Below are positions 48,983 through 62,373 of a DNA stretch of 64,000 bases, piece by piece. Origin of the DNA: Carcharhinus longimanus (Eukaryota); assembly GCA_030264375.1 (NCBI GenBank), contig JASCQW010000132.1, positions 70,999,478 to 71,063,477 of the forward strand, read 5' to 3'. Numbering within the stretch: the stretch's first letter is position 1; every line of letters starts with the position of its first letter. The position numbers and the translations under genes were made by a program. Under the pieces are notes generated by a model that did not search any database, was not told the origin of the DNA, and worked only from the letters and a program-made list of their open reading frames with translations.

Positions 48983-50094
48983 CATTCCTGAAACCTTAAT
49001 GAGGAAGAATAGGTTAGTAATATTTTGCTCCTCTTTGCTCCACTATTAGCTACAAAATCCTGAGCCATGTTTGTATATCCCTGGACAATTTTACATAAAT
49101 GCATTTGCCTTTTGCTACCTCACTCCTGGCCTGCTAAAAAATAACTTTCAGTCACTTTCCCTATTCCTTCCTTTTTCTCTCTGTTTCTGGTTATTTCCGG
49201 CTTTTGTGAGGAGCTTTGAGAGTTTTTTGTGATAGTTAAGACATGAAATAAGTGCAAGTTATTTCTATTGTCATTATTTGACTTAAGCTATAATTTTAAT
49301 AATTAAATAATACATATATGAGATTGACAAATGTGTTTGAATGTAGGAGGAATTATTCATCTAAAAAAGGAGCAGTAGCTGTGTAATTGAGTCTTGTCAG
49401 CTAATTATTTTTAAATGATCCGTATAAGTGCCAGCATGAGAACAGAACTGAAGCTTGCTTTATGGAATGCTACAGTTGTAGTCTGGCTGGTCATTCAGAA
49501 AGGTCATGTAGATTACAATATTAGATTGATACACCAGAAATTCACTCACTACAGATTCACAAGAGATTTTTCTCCTTGGAAATTTAACCTGAGATAATTC
49601 ACATTGCTTTGGAAATGAAGCCCAGGGCCGTACAGCTGCTTCATGGCCTTTGAGAAGAGTAAATTGATAGGCCACATATTATTTTTGCATACCTTCATTA
49701 TATTGGAGCGGAGAGCAGAGCGGCAGTGTGTCACGCAGCCCTATCAAAGAGATAAATTGTAAGCAAAAATTTGAAAGTTCATGAAAGACACGTGTTGATC
49801 AGCATCTGAAAGAAAGATGGTTAATATTTTGGGTGTGACCTTTTGACAGAATGGAGGTTGCCTGCAAGTGAGTGGACTACAACTACACTTTATACTGCAG
49901 TGTTCAATATAAGTAATGTGCCACAAACATGTAGCTAGGCTTTCATGATCTCAGGAAACAAAGCAGCCGAATGGGAGGTGTAGCTAGTCAGATCCAACAG
50001 GTAGTGACTTCTTCAAAATGAATATCTGGAGATCAGCCTCATTTACCTCATACATTCCTGAAACCTTAATGAGGAAGAATAGGTTAGTAATATT
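48983..50094 (+). repeat. Exact 42-bp direct repeat pair (48983-49024 and 50053-50094)
   Basis: CATTCCTGAAACCTTAATGAGGAAGAATAGGTTAGTAATATT, identical at both sites. Confidence 0.95.
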
Positions 50095-51274
50095 GAATGC
50101 TTGTTCTTTCTGATATGTTCTGGTATTACATTATGAATTACACAGCAAATATGAGCTCAAAAAGAATTTTAGGAAAAACAAAGCAATTCAGAAAGACACA
50201 CTGTGCTTTCCTACATCTTTTAATTGAAAAAAAAAATCATTACCTTTCACTGTTCTCTTTCGCTTGCCTCATTCCCACTGCCTTTCATGTCTGTCTAAAT
50301 CATATTCCCCTTTTTTTCAAATGAATGCATCTTGTCATTGAGTTAATAGGTTTCAGTGTCAAGGATACAAATTAAATCATCTTTGTTTCCAGCCATGCAT
50401 CAGTCTAAAATGAGAACATTTGGACAGTACTGAATCCGCTATGGCTTACTGTTTTTCCCTGATGCAACTCAATGTCTGTCAAGCTCATAGGTCTGAGAAC
50501 CATCATTCTTAAGGTAATTTTATGCATATATATATAAGAACACAAAACAAATCTGTCATGCACAATTATGCGTAGTTCTGAATTTATCAAATTAGCTACA
50601 AATTTAGAACAAAACAAATCTTTACCAAATCTCAAATGTTCCTCACTTAATCAGCGAATTATAACACTGATGATATAATTGAATATATTATTTATAGATA
50701 TAAAACATTAAATGAGACACTGTCTGCCTGTTTAAAAGAAGTGCAAGGACACTTTATCCTCTCCCTTAGTTTGTGAATTCTTTCTCTTCCTGTTTCTGTT
50801 TTATCTGATGTTGTATTCAGTGAATAACCTAGGCTCTTAATGAGGACCAGTGATGTTCCGGTTTCAGATATTGAGTCATTTTTCCTGAACCATACTTTGG
50901 ATCTTTCCACCAATCCAGTTTGGAAATTATGGATGACCTGTATGAAAGATGGGCCCATGTTTTATAGAGAATAATTCAATACAATTGCGTGAATTTAGAT
51001 GTGTAGTGAACCAATATTTGTGCCACTCCTGAAGAAAGGTGAGGATTGGTGAGGTGGACTGAGATTAACAGTGAGGCAAATAACCATATCTAACATTGGT
51101 TGGAGGCAGCCAGTCCTTAAAAATTACTCCTCTGCTTGACAATGTGAGCTTAAGGCATAGATAATCATCTCAATGATGACATTCCATCATAAATAGCAGG
51201 AAATATAGAATCTGGGAATATGGAAACAAAGCCTCTTTCCACTCTGCTCTTGATAATCTGTAAACTATTGCCCA

Positions 51275-51667
51275 GGGAGGCAATGGCCTAGTGGTATTAT
51301 CATTAGACTATTAATCCAACAACAGAGCTAATGTTCTGGGGACCTGGGTTCAAATCCAGCCACGGCAGATGGTGGAATTTGAATTCAATGAAAAAAATAT
51401 CTGGAATTGAGAATCAACTGATGACCATGAAACCATTGTCGATTGTCAGAAAAAATCCAGCTGATTTGCCAATGTCCTTTAGGGAAGGAAATCTGCTGTC
51501 CTTACTTGGTCTGACCTACATGTGACTCCAGAGCCACAACAATGTGGTTGACTCTCAACTGCCCTCTGAAATGGTCTAACAAGCCATTCCGTTCAAGGGC
51601 AACTAGGGGTGGGCAATAAATGCTGGCCAGCCAGTGATGCCCACGACCCACGAAAGAATGAATAAAA
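51275..51667 (+). mobile_element. Full-length tRNA-headed SINE (head plus tail of the LINE at 33994)
   Basis: A box 51284-51294, B box ~51347-51357; 51275-51586 aligns to 33994-34303; 51592-51667 aligns to 35726-35800. Confidence 0.92.
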
Positions 51668-52574
51668 GGGAAGCAAGCCCTAGTGTAAAGTACTATGCTG
51701 CCGTTTAAGCAGCAATTGTAATCTTGGCCATCTAATGTTGTGTTTGAGTATCTGAGTTAGGGATACAAGTTTAAGAAAATAAAATCCTGTATAGTTTTAA
51801 GTAGTTGTTGACATTAGCTGGGACTTTCCATTCTCAACTGTGGTGGGAATGGTCACAGGCAGGAAGGAAAATCTGACATACCAGCCAAAGGTCTGTTGAC
51901 TTTGGGCAGGATTTTGTGGTCCAGCAGTAGGCAGGATCTGCCTTTAATTCCTAGCCCATAAGAAGAAAAAGGAGGGAAATCACTCAATTGAGGGAGAAGA
52001 AGAAAATGAGAAGGATTAGAGAGAAGCTAAAAAATATTATCTAGCATCGTCTTGTTCATCGTTGCAGTCTACAGCATGGGTGAATAACCTCACTCTGTAT
52101 CGAATTGACCACTAGACTTGTGTCAGTACACCAGGTTCAACTTTCTCAGTGGCTTACTGTAGAAGTATTAAGTATGTCAACAGGATCAAGCCCATATCCA
52201 GAGGGATGGTGAAATCCTGGACCTAATCTCAGAAGTATCCTTTCTGATCCAGCGGAACATCTCCGTGATATCCATCCTTACAATGATCTTATAAAAGATT
52301 GTCCAATTAATATCAGTAAGTGTGAAAATGTACAGTTTTGTACTTACTCTCATAGCTACAGGAGACTAGCCAAATTCAGATTTTGTATTTACTTTTTAAA
52401 TTTACTTTAATCCTGTTACATTTTCTTAATTGAAAAGTAAATTAACATTGGAGTAATTTTTTGACTTTGCACTGTCAGAAATTCTCAAATAACATTCCCA
52501 AAAAGTTTTTGGCCATTGTTTTAAATGTGTAAGCCAGCATTTCAAAACTATGAACAAATAAGCAAATATACAAA

Positions 52575-52880
52575 CTAGGAGTAGAAGGCACGCAAGCCTG
52601 TTGTGCTATTCAATAAAAAAAAGCTAACCTCAAAACCACATTTCCCATCTACCCCGATAACCTTTCATCCCCTTGCTTATCAAGAATCTACTTACCTCGA
52701 TCTTAAAAATATTTACAAACTCTGCTGCCACCACCTTTTGAGAAATAAAGTACCAAAGACTCATAACCCCCAGAGATAAATGTTCTCCACATCTCTGTCT
52801 TAAATGGGTAACCCCTTGCTTTTAAATAGTGATGTCTAGTTCTGGATTGTCCCGCAAAGGGAAACATCCTTTCTCCTCCA
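52575..52880 (-). mobile_element. CR1 3' end
   Basis: ERMFPFAGQSRTRHHYLKARGYPFKTEM. Confidence 0.85.
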
Positions 52881-52929
52881 AAATATAATTTTAGCAAACA
52901 AAGCACTCCACTAGAAGAACATAGTCTGG

Positions 52930-53236
52930 TGACAGAGTGGTTGTCACTATTGCCTCACAGCGCCAGGGATCCGGGTTCAAATCCAGCCTTGAGTGACTGT
53001 GTGGAGTTTGCATGTTCTCCCTGCGTCTGCGTGGATTTCTCTGGGAGCTCTGGTTTCCTCCCACTGTCCGAAAGATGGGCGAGTTAGGTTGATTGGCCGT
53101 GATAGATTGTCCCTTAGTGTCAGGGAGATTATCAGGGTAAATACTGAGGGTTATGGGGATAAAGCCTGGGTGGAATTGTTGTTGGTACAGGCTCAATGTG
53201 CCGAATAGCCTCCTTCTGCACCGTTGGGATTCTATG
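52930..53236 (+). mobile_element. HE1 SINE
   Basis: Head, body, GGGATTCTATGA tail. Confidence 0.9.
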
Positions 53237-54794
53237 AAAGTCCAAAATCTGCCTCTATGCGATGTTTATGAAATTAATGACTTAAGCAAAAGTAACTGGA
53301 AAAGAAAATAAAATGCTGGATCACACTATCTTTGAGGTGCCCTGTACAAATTAATATTTTTAATAGTGCAATCTAACTCTTTTGGAGATAACTTTCATTG
53401 TCACCAAATAAGCAGTAAGGCTGATTACCCATCCAATATCACCCTGGCTCCCCCACACTGTTGGCTAACATACTTTATGTTAACAAGTGAAATTCAGAGC
53501 TAATGTTAATTTAATTATTTATGCTCCTGTGGGAGCATTTGCTGGAAATTCAGTTTTTGTGTTTCTCACAGTTTTCCATCCGTTGTGGACCAATTTCTGG
53601 TGTGTATTGCAGGCAGATGAAGCTTCATACCAGAAGCAGCAATTCATAACAATTGGCTCTAATGTATTCACTTGGAATGGAATCTCTTTTTTTGTTGGTA
53701 AGCAGTATGTGGTGGAATCCATGATGAACTATCTGTTCCAAGCCTCTTGTATTTCATCGTCATATTTCAGCCAGTTCCATGAACTTAACTGTTCCCAGCA
53801 GCGTCGCACCGGATGGTAACATCACACTGAGGGAGTCAATTGCTATGAGGACATTAATGAGTTATGGCATATTGCAGCACTTTTCTAGTGTCTGTATGGG
53901 TCAAGGTTAAAGAGCTGCCAACCACAATTCATTTCATTGCACAGTAACTCTATCTATATTTTGATTAAATGGATAACCCTTAACTCAAGATGAATCACTA
54001 TCGAAGGACATCTGGCAGAACAAGTAAATCTTCACATTGTATACAAATTGTATACCGTAGCTTCTACAATGTGCATAACTTAACTTAATTGCAAGAGTCT
54101 TGCACACGCAGAATGAGTGGAGGGTAAATTAAAAAATCAGGGTGCAACTTTGGGCATGTTTTATATCCTACTCTTTCCACCTACAATTTTCTGCCCAGTT
54201 GTGTTTTATACTCTGCTCACATCAGAGTTTTCCTGGCTGCTGCCATGTTTCATGTATGATTCATGGGTCCTGTGTTCCTATCCTTTCTAATAACATGAAT
54301 GGATGGCCGCATGAATCACACGCATGCCCAGATTTCCAATATGCAATGCAGGTATGTAAACATTTGATTCAAAACAATATGCCCTTATGTGCAATGCAGC
54401 TTCAAAAGGTAATAGATTCTAGATCTAATTCATATTTTTTTTTGTATTGCTTTTATGGAGTTTTTAAAATATGAATGTGCAGATTTTTTGAAGGAATACT
54501 TATATGCATATAATCCCTGAAGTAAGAAGCGTGTCTTATGGGCAAGGTTAATTCAGCATAGGCTTGCGGGGAGACACGAAAGACAGTAGGAAATGACCTG
54601 GTCTTAGGGCTCTGATAGAAGGCAACTTGCGCACCATGTTTGGCTTGGTAGACAAGCAGGTAGGGACAGCTGAATGGATTGTATCAGTCTTGATGACAGA
54701 AAACCTCGTGAGCTTTTCACTCTTGCTGAAGGTGAAGGCAGCCAGGGAAGTAAGTGGACTGGACCCAGGGATGAAGGACTTTCATTATGTGGAT

Positions 54795-54930
54795 AGACAG
54801 ACAGAAAGAGAGAGATGGGCAGACAGAAAGAGACAGACAGACAGACAGGTAGAGAGAGACAAGGACAAAGAGAATGAGAGAGAGAAAGAAAGAAAGAGAA
54901 AAAAGGAAAGAAAGGAAGGAAGAAAGAGAT
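54795..54930. repeat. (GACA/GA/GAAA)n purine-rich microsatellite
   Basis: Direct. Confidence 0.9.
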
Positions 54931-55220
54931 AAACTGTTCCTGCTGTTGGAAATATCTAGAGCTAGAGGACACCAATTTAAGTTAATTGGCCAAACAACCA
55001 AGGCAACATGAGGAGAACCTTTTCACAGGGTAAGTGGTTAGGAGCTTGGAGGCAGATTCAAACATGACATTCAAGAAGAAATTGTTTAGGATTCTAAGGA
55101 CAAAATACTTCTAGAACTATGAGGAAATGGCGGGGTGGAGAAGGAGGAATGCCAGCTGAATTGCTCTTACAGAGATCTGCACAAGAGGCTATGTGGTCTG
55201 CTTCTGTGCTGTAACCATTC
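54925..55220 (+). mobile_element. CR1 3' end
   Basis: AAACTGTTCC..CTAGAGGACACCAATTTAAG..TTTTCACAGGGTAAGTGGTTAGG..CTTCTGTGCTGTAACCATTC. Confidence 0.75.
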
Positions 55221-56944
55221 AATGTTATTATAAGGTTGGATTGTATGGAGAAAAGAGCAGATGGTTATCTCTAATTTCCAGAATGATCCTGGAGTAATGA
55301 GACGCAATAAAGATTTGATGTGGCCCAGCAATTTAATAGCTAAATCAGGTGTGCACCAGATATGCTGCAATTTGCAATTTTGGACTTGTGAGACCAGGAA
55401 TTGGAGCTATATGAGGGAGAACAGACAGGTTGAGATAGAGGCTGTCGTATTAAAAATGAAGTTGTGGGGTAGCTGTGCAGGTGAAATGCTGCAGATAAAT
55501 TGGAGTGGATGGAATGCCCAGTGTTTGAAGATTAGAAACTTAATATAACAAAAATAAGTGATTTGAGGGTGAACATTATTTTCTCAGGGTAGCTGCTGAT
55601 GGAAAAAGGGTTGGAAGGAGCATTGGAGAATTTGACCAGTGACGAGCACAGGGGAAGTGGTCAGAGATAGCTTTGAAATGATGGGAATAGAGAAGCTAGG
55701 TAAGATGTCAGGATGGATAAGAATCTGGATAAATGAGTTTATTTGGAGGAAGAGATTAGATGAAAAGAGGAAGAACATGGAAGTGCAATTAAAAGAACCT
55801 ATGGAATTTAACATCCTTTCATGTAAGAATGAGTAGAAAATCGCAAGCTACAGACCATTACTCATGTCTATTTTGAACATTTGAATGGTTGATGAATAGC
55901 ATTTAGTACAAATGATATATTTACAGTAAGTACAAACCATTAATCTTCATAATATCGAAATCACTGAAAGAAGCTTCTCCTACACTAACCGATGATCTTG
56001 AAATATGAACCCTAAGCTCTTACATGGTTTTCCTTTGTCTTTGTAATATTAACATTTCCATACTCGATGTAATTTATGTTGTTATATAATGTTGTTTAAG
56101 ATAGAGCCCCAAATGTATTCGGGAGGGCAAAGAATGAGACACTAAACTTTCTCATTCTTACATTTAGATGTTCAGAAGATTTAAAAAAAGGATTAGCCGC
56201 AACACTACAGCTGCCAAACAATTATTTAATAAAGATATGCAAATTTATGCAATCCACAATTCAGACTTAAAGGTGAGGGTTATCACTGAGTCAAAGCACT
56301 TTTTTTAAAGCTACTGACAAATCATTTACAGTTTGATATTTAAATCTTTTCCCAGTGTACTCAGCACATGCGAAAGATGTCCTTTGGACTGATAACCCCA
56401 TCCAGTTTTACACCATAAGAATTGTCAATTAAACCAGTTACTTCTCTACTCGTCTTCAGTTGTTAGTTTGAAGTCAGCAATAAAATAAAAAGTACATGAT
56501 GCTGTTAAAATATAAATGTTTCATTCCATTAGAAATTTGAATTATGAAGCAGTTTGTGTGAGCTTTGTATTTTAGGGTCATCGGGAATGTCCCTTCCTCT
56601 GTCAATATTCAGTGAATCCTTTAGTCCCAATGAAAATCAACATTTCTTTATATAGTTATCCCTTCCTCAAGCCTATTATTCAAAACCATTATCTTTCTAA
56701 ATCTGACTGAAGTTCCAAGCATGTGGGAGTATCATATCTTTGCACTTTCGCTTCTTCCAAAGTGAATAACTGACAATCAATGATGAGTAAATGGTAACTG
56801 AAAAGCCAAAACCACTTTCTGTCAACAGCCAATAAAATAGTCTACTGTGAAGACATTTGAAATCTAAGTAACACCCAGTGTTCTCCTCCGTACATGTCTC
56901 TTGTGTTGGAAAGCCTGACATTTCATCCTGAGAAAAAACAGTGG

Positions 56945-57875
56945 GGGATATATTTGATAGTCTCTGAAATGTGCATGGGGACTGTGATGTGCGATTAACC
57001 TCAGCAATTCAAATCTGGCAACATACCAACTTTGTGTTGCCTGAATATTTAGATAGTTGTTGTGTGCAGCCAGTGCTAACGGTGTTGTTTATTGGCGACA
57101 CACATCAGCAGGGGGCTCAAAAACATTACTTTGGAGCACTAGTTAGAACACTGTTTAAAGCTAATTTGCACCTTTTAAAAGGGAAGTACGTTGGAGCTGT
57201 GCTGGCAGTCATGCAAGAAGTGAATCTTTCTTGGTAAACAGTGAAGGCTGATACATGGGAGAAGAGACAGACTCCAAGGTTTACGGTGGTGCGCCAGAAG
57301 TCTTGGTGAACGAGGTGGAAAGTAGGGAGATATCTTATATTTGCCGGGGACCGGACTCTCCACACAAATGTTTAAAGGTAGCAGGAGCAGGTAGCCATGG
57401 GGCAATATCAGAAATCAATTGTCACGGACCTCGATGTGGTGTCACAAGAAGTTTAACTTTCTGGCATGAGTGCTCACAATTGCTGAGTGCATCTTCAAGT
57501 GCCACATTCTACTAACTGCACCACTAATGTCAGGCATTGGTCAATTCACCACACACTCATCACTCAACCAACAACAATCTCTATCAGTCGGGACTCAATC
57601 CTAGCACTCAAAACTTCACATCACTTTCACACATCTAGCACTGCTGTAAGCCTCACATCTACATTGCAGAGGTATTTTACCATTGCAGACACATCAGTCA
57701 CACAGATAGTCACTAACATACATGTCTGTCTCTTACAGGACACATGGGACATGACTGGAGGCCAGACACACCCCACATGTCCAGCCACAATAGAGGAGAA
57801 AATACTCACCATTTTTAGAACTGTTATTGCTGAGGCTGTGGCCTGTGGTTGTTCTGAAACAATCAAAGATGATAG
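56945..57875 (+). pseudogene. PIF/Harbinger left part with Myb/SANT gene remnant (2 exons)
   Basis: RQTPRF / PEVLVNEVESR / DILY..WCHKKFN; exon 2 after CTCTTACAG: DMTGGQ..TIEEKILTIF. Confidence 0.8.
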
Positions 57876-57904
57876 TATCTTAATAAATACTCCTATTTCT
57901 CCAG

Positions 57905-58140
57905 TGGATGCACCAGCTATGATTTTACCAAAGTCCCTTGATTTTCGAATGGTCCCAGCTGACTGAAAGTTCGCGAATGTAACAATGGTTTTCAGGAAAG
58001 GAAGTAGAGAGCACAAGGGCAACTCTGGATTAGTTAGCCTGACATCAGTCATAGAGAAATGTCCAGAACCGGTTATTAAGTCTGAATGCACTTAAAAAAA
58101 AATCATAGCACGTTCAGAGCTGGCATGGTTTTATGAAAGG
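57905..58140 (+). mobile_element. CR1 RT N-terminal fragment
   Basis: MVPAD*KFANVTMVFRKGSR..GNSGLVSLTSV. Confidence 0.85.
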
Positions 58141-58485
58141 GGAATGATGGACTATATTTTACAGCCCCTTGGGGTTAGGTCCTGTAACGCCATGGGTGCC
58201 ATATCCATTTAATCAGCTGCTCCTGTCAATGCTGAAATTTTACCAGTGGCAGAGCTCAGCTACCTGTGAGACAATTGAGGCCCTTAAGTGGCCAACTAAT
58301 AGCTGTTTTAGCACTTCATCCTGCCACTGCTGGGATTTAAAGAGTAGCATCACTGACAAGCATCCGGCCCTGCAACTTTCACTGCACAGTCAATTAGAAC
58401 ACATCCTTAATGGATCCATCAGAGAAGCCCATCCCAGGCCGTCTCAGATTATTATCTAAATGGGGAGAGACTGCAGATGAGTGAA

Positions 58486-58715
58486 GTAGGTTTCCTCTGG
58501 GTGCTCCGGTTTCCTCCCACAGTCCAAAGGTGTGTGGATTAAGTTGATCAGCCACGCTAAAAATTGCTTCTTAGAGTCCTGAGATGTATAGGTTAGAGGG
58601 ATTACTGATAAATATGTAGGAATATGGGACTGGGGCCTGGTTGGGATTGTGGTTGGTGCAGACTCGATGGGCCAAATGGCCTCTTTCTGCACTGTAGGGT
58701 TTCTATGATTCTATG
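58486..58715 (+). mobile_element. HE1 SINE 3' part
   Basis: Matches 44255-44480. Confidence 0.9.
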
Positions 58716-59420
58716 AAGTGCAGAGGGATTTAGGTATTCTAGTGCATAAGTCACAAAAGCTAGCAACAGGTCCAACAAGTAGTTAAGAAGGCAAATACAA
58801 TTTGGCCTTTATTGAAAAGGGGTTGGAGTTTAAAACTGGGAGGTTTTGTTGCAATCGTATAGGGTGTTGATAAGGCCTCACCTGGCATACTGCATACAGT
58901 TTTGGTCTCCTTATCTAAAAAAGGATATAGTAACGTTGGAGGCAGTCCAAATGAGAAATACAAAGCTAATGCCTGGAATGAGAGAGTTGTCCTATCAACA
59001 GAGGCTAAAGAATCTGGTCCTGCATTCCTTGGAGTTTAGAAGATTGAGAAGTGACCTTCTTCAAACATATAAGACCTCAAGGAGGCTTGACAGGGTAAAT
59101 GGTAAGATGTTTACACTATTGTGAGAATCTTGAACAAGCGGACATTGCTACAAAATAAAGGACTGGTAATTTAAAACTGAGGAACATAGAAATGTCTTCC
59201 CGCAGTAGAAGGTGAATCTCTGGAATTCTCTGCCCCAAAGGCTGGATCATCAGAAATAATTAACATGGAGGTGGATAAATATTTGATAAACCAAAGAATA
59301 GAGGGCTATGGGAAATGGCATTCAGAAAAGGAACTGAGGCCGGCATAGATCAGCTGTGATCATATTGAATGGCGGAGCAGGTTTGAAGGGCCTGGTCTCC
59401 TGCTTCTATTTTTTGTGTTC
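58716..59420 (+). mobile_element. CR1 3' end
   Basis: YRVLIRPHLAYCIQFWSPYLKKDI..LEAVQ..SLEFRRLRSDL. Confidence 0.95.
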
Positions 59421-59814
59421 TTGTGTTCGCTGTGCATTCCATCTCCTCCCTGCCCTGTATGTCCCAGCTGCTCAACCTTTGATTCCCCTCCCATCTTGGC
59501 ACGAACAAGACCATCCCTTGCTTACCAGTAACTCTGGTGGCCTGACACGAGGAACTGTATATAGTCCAAGCAATGACCATACTGTTGGTGGTTCTTCTGG
59601 GATCAGAGAGCTGCCAGCTATTTGATTGGTTGGCACCTCTCAAAGATAGGACTTCCTCCCCAGATGGGGACATAAGTGCCTCCTTAAACCAGTTAACTTC
59701 CTTGCGGAGCAAGCTGCCAGAATAGGCCCATTGGCAACTTATTCACCTGGAGTGTGGGAATTTGTCAACACAGACCCTCACCTCCTGTGAAACTCAGCCC
59801 CATAATTGATACAT

Positions 59815-60240
59815 TTGTTGGAGTTTTTTGAGGATTAAACTCAGGTGGAAGATAAGGAGGAATCAGCAGATGTCATCTACTTGAATTTCCAAAAAGCATT
59901 CTTTAAAGGTTAAACAAAAGGTTAACACAAAAGGAAAAGGGTTTGCGGAGTTGGGGGAAATATTCTAGCATGGATGGAGGATTGGTTAACTGACAGGAGT
60001 AAAGACTAGGGATAAATGGGACAGTTTCAAGTTGGCAGGCTGTGACAAGTGGAGTGCCGCAAGGAGCCTCAGCTATTTACAGTCTATATTAATGACTCAG
60101 ATAAAGAGATGGAGAGTAATTTATCTAAGTTTGCTGACAATACAAAGTTAAGTAGGAATGCAAAAGGATGCAAAGAGGTTGCAAAAAGATACAGACAGGT
60201 AATAGAATATAATGTGGGGAACTGTGTAGTTATTAGCTTT
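59815..60240 (+). mobile_element. CR1 RT fragment
   Basis: DVIYLNFQKAF, PQLFTVYIND, SKFADNTKL. Confidence 0.9.
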
Positions 60241-60241
60241 C

Positions 60242-60515
60242 ATAGAATCAAAGAGGCCATTCAGCCCATTGAGTATGCACCAACTCTCCAACAGAACATC
60301 CTACCCAAGCCTTATCCCTCATGTATTTACCCCACTAAACCCCCTAACCTACATAACTAGGACAGTAAGGGGCAATTTGGCATGATCAATCCACCCAACT
60401 TGCACAACTTTGTGCTGCAAGAGGAAACCAGAGCATCCAGAGGAAACCCAAGCAGACATGGGGAGAATATGCAAACTCCACACAGTTACCCATGGCTGGA
60501 ATTGAACCCGAATCC
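60242..60515 (-). mobile_element. HE1 SINE
   Basis: Reverse-complement match. Confidence 0.85.
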
Positions 60516-61384
60516 CTAGATCTATATTCCCAGAGGAATGAGACATTGGGGGGAATTTTCCCATCCCACCCACCACAGGAATTGTGGGGCAGACCATGCA
60601 AATGTCCATTGACCTCGGGTGTTTTGGGGGGTTGGGGGGGGCGGTGGCGCACTCAGACACTTGTCAACCCAACTATGATTCAGCACTGACTAAATTGTGT
60701 AGAGCAAAGATCTACAAACAGCAAGGTTAATGTTGGATTGGGGGTGTTTAGCCTCTAAAATGAGCACAGTTCAATTTTGGGCAGGGAAAGTGGCATTGAA
60801 CCTATCAATGATAATGACAGTTTTTTTATGCCTTATAGTGCAGGACATAATGCAAAAGGAGGGTACGTGGGGGGTTCCACAATGTATCACTGGCAGTTGG
60901 TCTCTGTTTTGTCCACCCTGCCATCATCTCAATGCTTTGATGATCCGGACACTATTTTTAAAGGCAGCCCTTGTGCACAGCAAGCATATCATGAAACATC
61001 TTTCACCCTGGTGCACACCCTAGCACTACCCTCTCCACCCGAACACAGAGTCACACCTTGAATGTTGTTCTCATCTCTGAGCTCCTCTTCTCATAGTGCT
61101 CGTCAGGGCACCTCATGTGAGACCAGTCCTGCATTTTCTGACCTGGGTGTGTGTTTCCAGTGTGGCGGCCTGATAATAATAGGCAAATGCATTATAATGG
61201 AGTTCCTGATGTTGAATGGTGGGAAATGTGGTCTGCCGATGAAGGGACGGGGGGAGCCAGGGGGAGGGGTCGATCACTTCTTGCTGGTACGTCAAAGAGA
61301 AACATGACTTTGGCCTTCTCATATTTCTCTCTCACCATTAAACCCACCTGACCCGATCGGGAGTGGAAAATCCCACCAAGGATC

Positions 61385-61464
61385 TTCTTTGACCATTGAC
61401 AGGACAGTTTAAACTTTGGTTTAATGTCTCATCTGTAACACAGCACCTCCAACAGTGCAGCACT
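61385..61464 (-). mobile_element. DeuSINE (SacSINE1-like) Deu-domain fragment, runs into gap
   Basis: Minus strand AGTGCTGCACTGTTGGAGGTGCTGTGTTACAGATGAGACATTAAACC. Confidence 0.75.
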
Positions 61465-61837
61465 ANNNNNNNNNNNNNNNNNNNNNNNNNNNNNNNNNNN
61501 NNNNNNNNNNNNNNNNNNNNNNNNNNNNNNNNNNNNNNNNNNNNNNNNNNNNNNNNNNNNNNNNNCACTCTTAGAACTTACAGAGAATTCCACTCCATCC
61601 TTTCATTTCTTCTAGACTTCCTGGAAATGATCTTGATATGAGACTAATCCACTTTACCCTGTAGGCTTTTAACATGCAGGGTGCTGAAGTGAATATGAAG
61701 CAGGTACAAAGAATGTTCTCTCTGGGTTTTCATGGTACTGGGAAGGTGACAAGTTCCTGTGAGCAGAATGTTTATGTTCGTGAACAGCTTATACTTCAAA
61801 ACTTACTGAAGTTCCAGAAAGATTTTGAGTGGCTTGT

Positions 61838-62025
61838 TTAGAAATATAGAAACATAGAAGATAGGACCAGAAGGTGGCCATTTGGCCTTTTGAGCCTGTT
61901 CCACCATTCATCATGATCATGGCTGATCGTGCAACTCAATAGCCTAACCCTACCTTCTCTCCATAATCTTAGATCCCATTCGCCCCAGGTGGTATATCCA
62001 GCCGCCTCTTGACAATTCATGTACA
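61838..62025 (-). mobile_element. CR1 3' tail
   Basis: TAGAAACATAGAAGATAGGACCAGAAGGTGGCCATT..GATCATGGCTGATC. Confidence 0.85.
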
Positions 62026-62373
62026 TTTATATCAATGCACGATACATTCCAGTTTGCAGTGCACAATTACACTGTCTCATCTTCAAGAGAACACTGCTAG
62101 ATTATTTTCCACGATTGCTGTGGGTAAATGCAAGGAATTAGAGAAGATAAACAACCTTGAGCTATCAATTATCTGAGACTATTGTGACTTAGATTTGAAT
62201 GTTTTTCAAATTTGTGATATTCTGTCCAAAATATCGTAGAATTAGATAGGCTTAAATAGACGTTTATTGCAATCAATAATAGGTATGGCTACCATGTTCT
62301 TCATTTGGTGTGAATGTCACAAGAAATTTGGTCCACACAGTTCTTTCATCTAATACAACTGGAAAAAGAAGTT

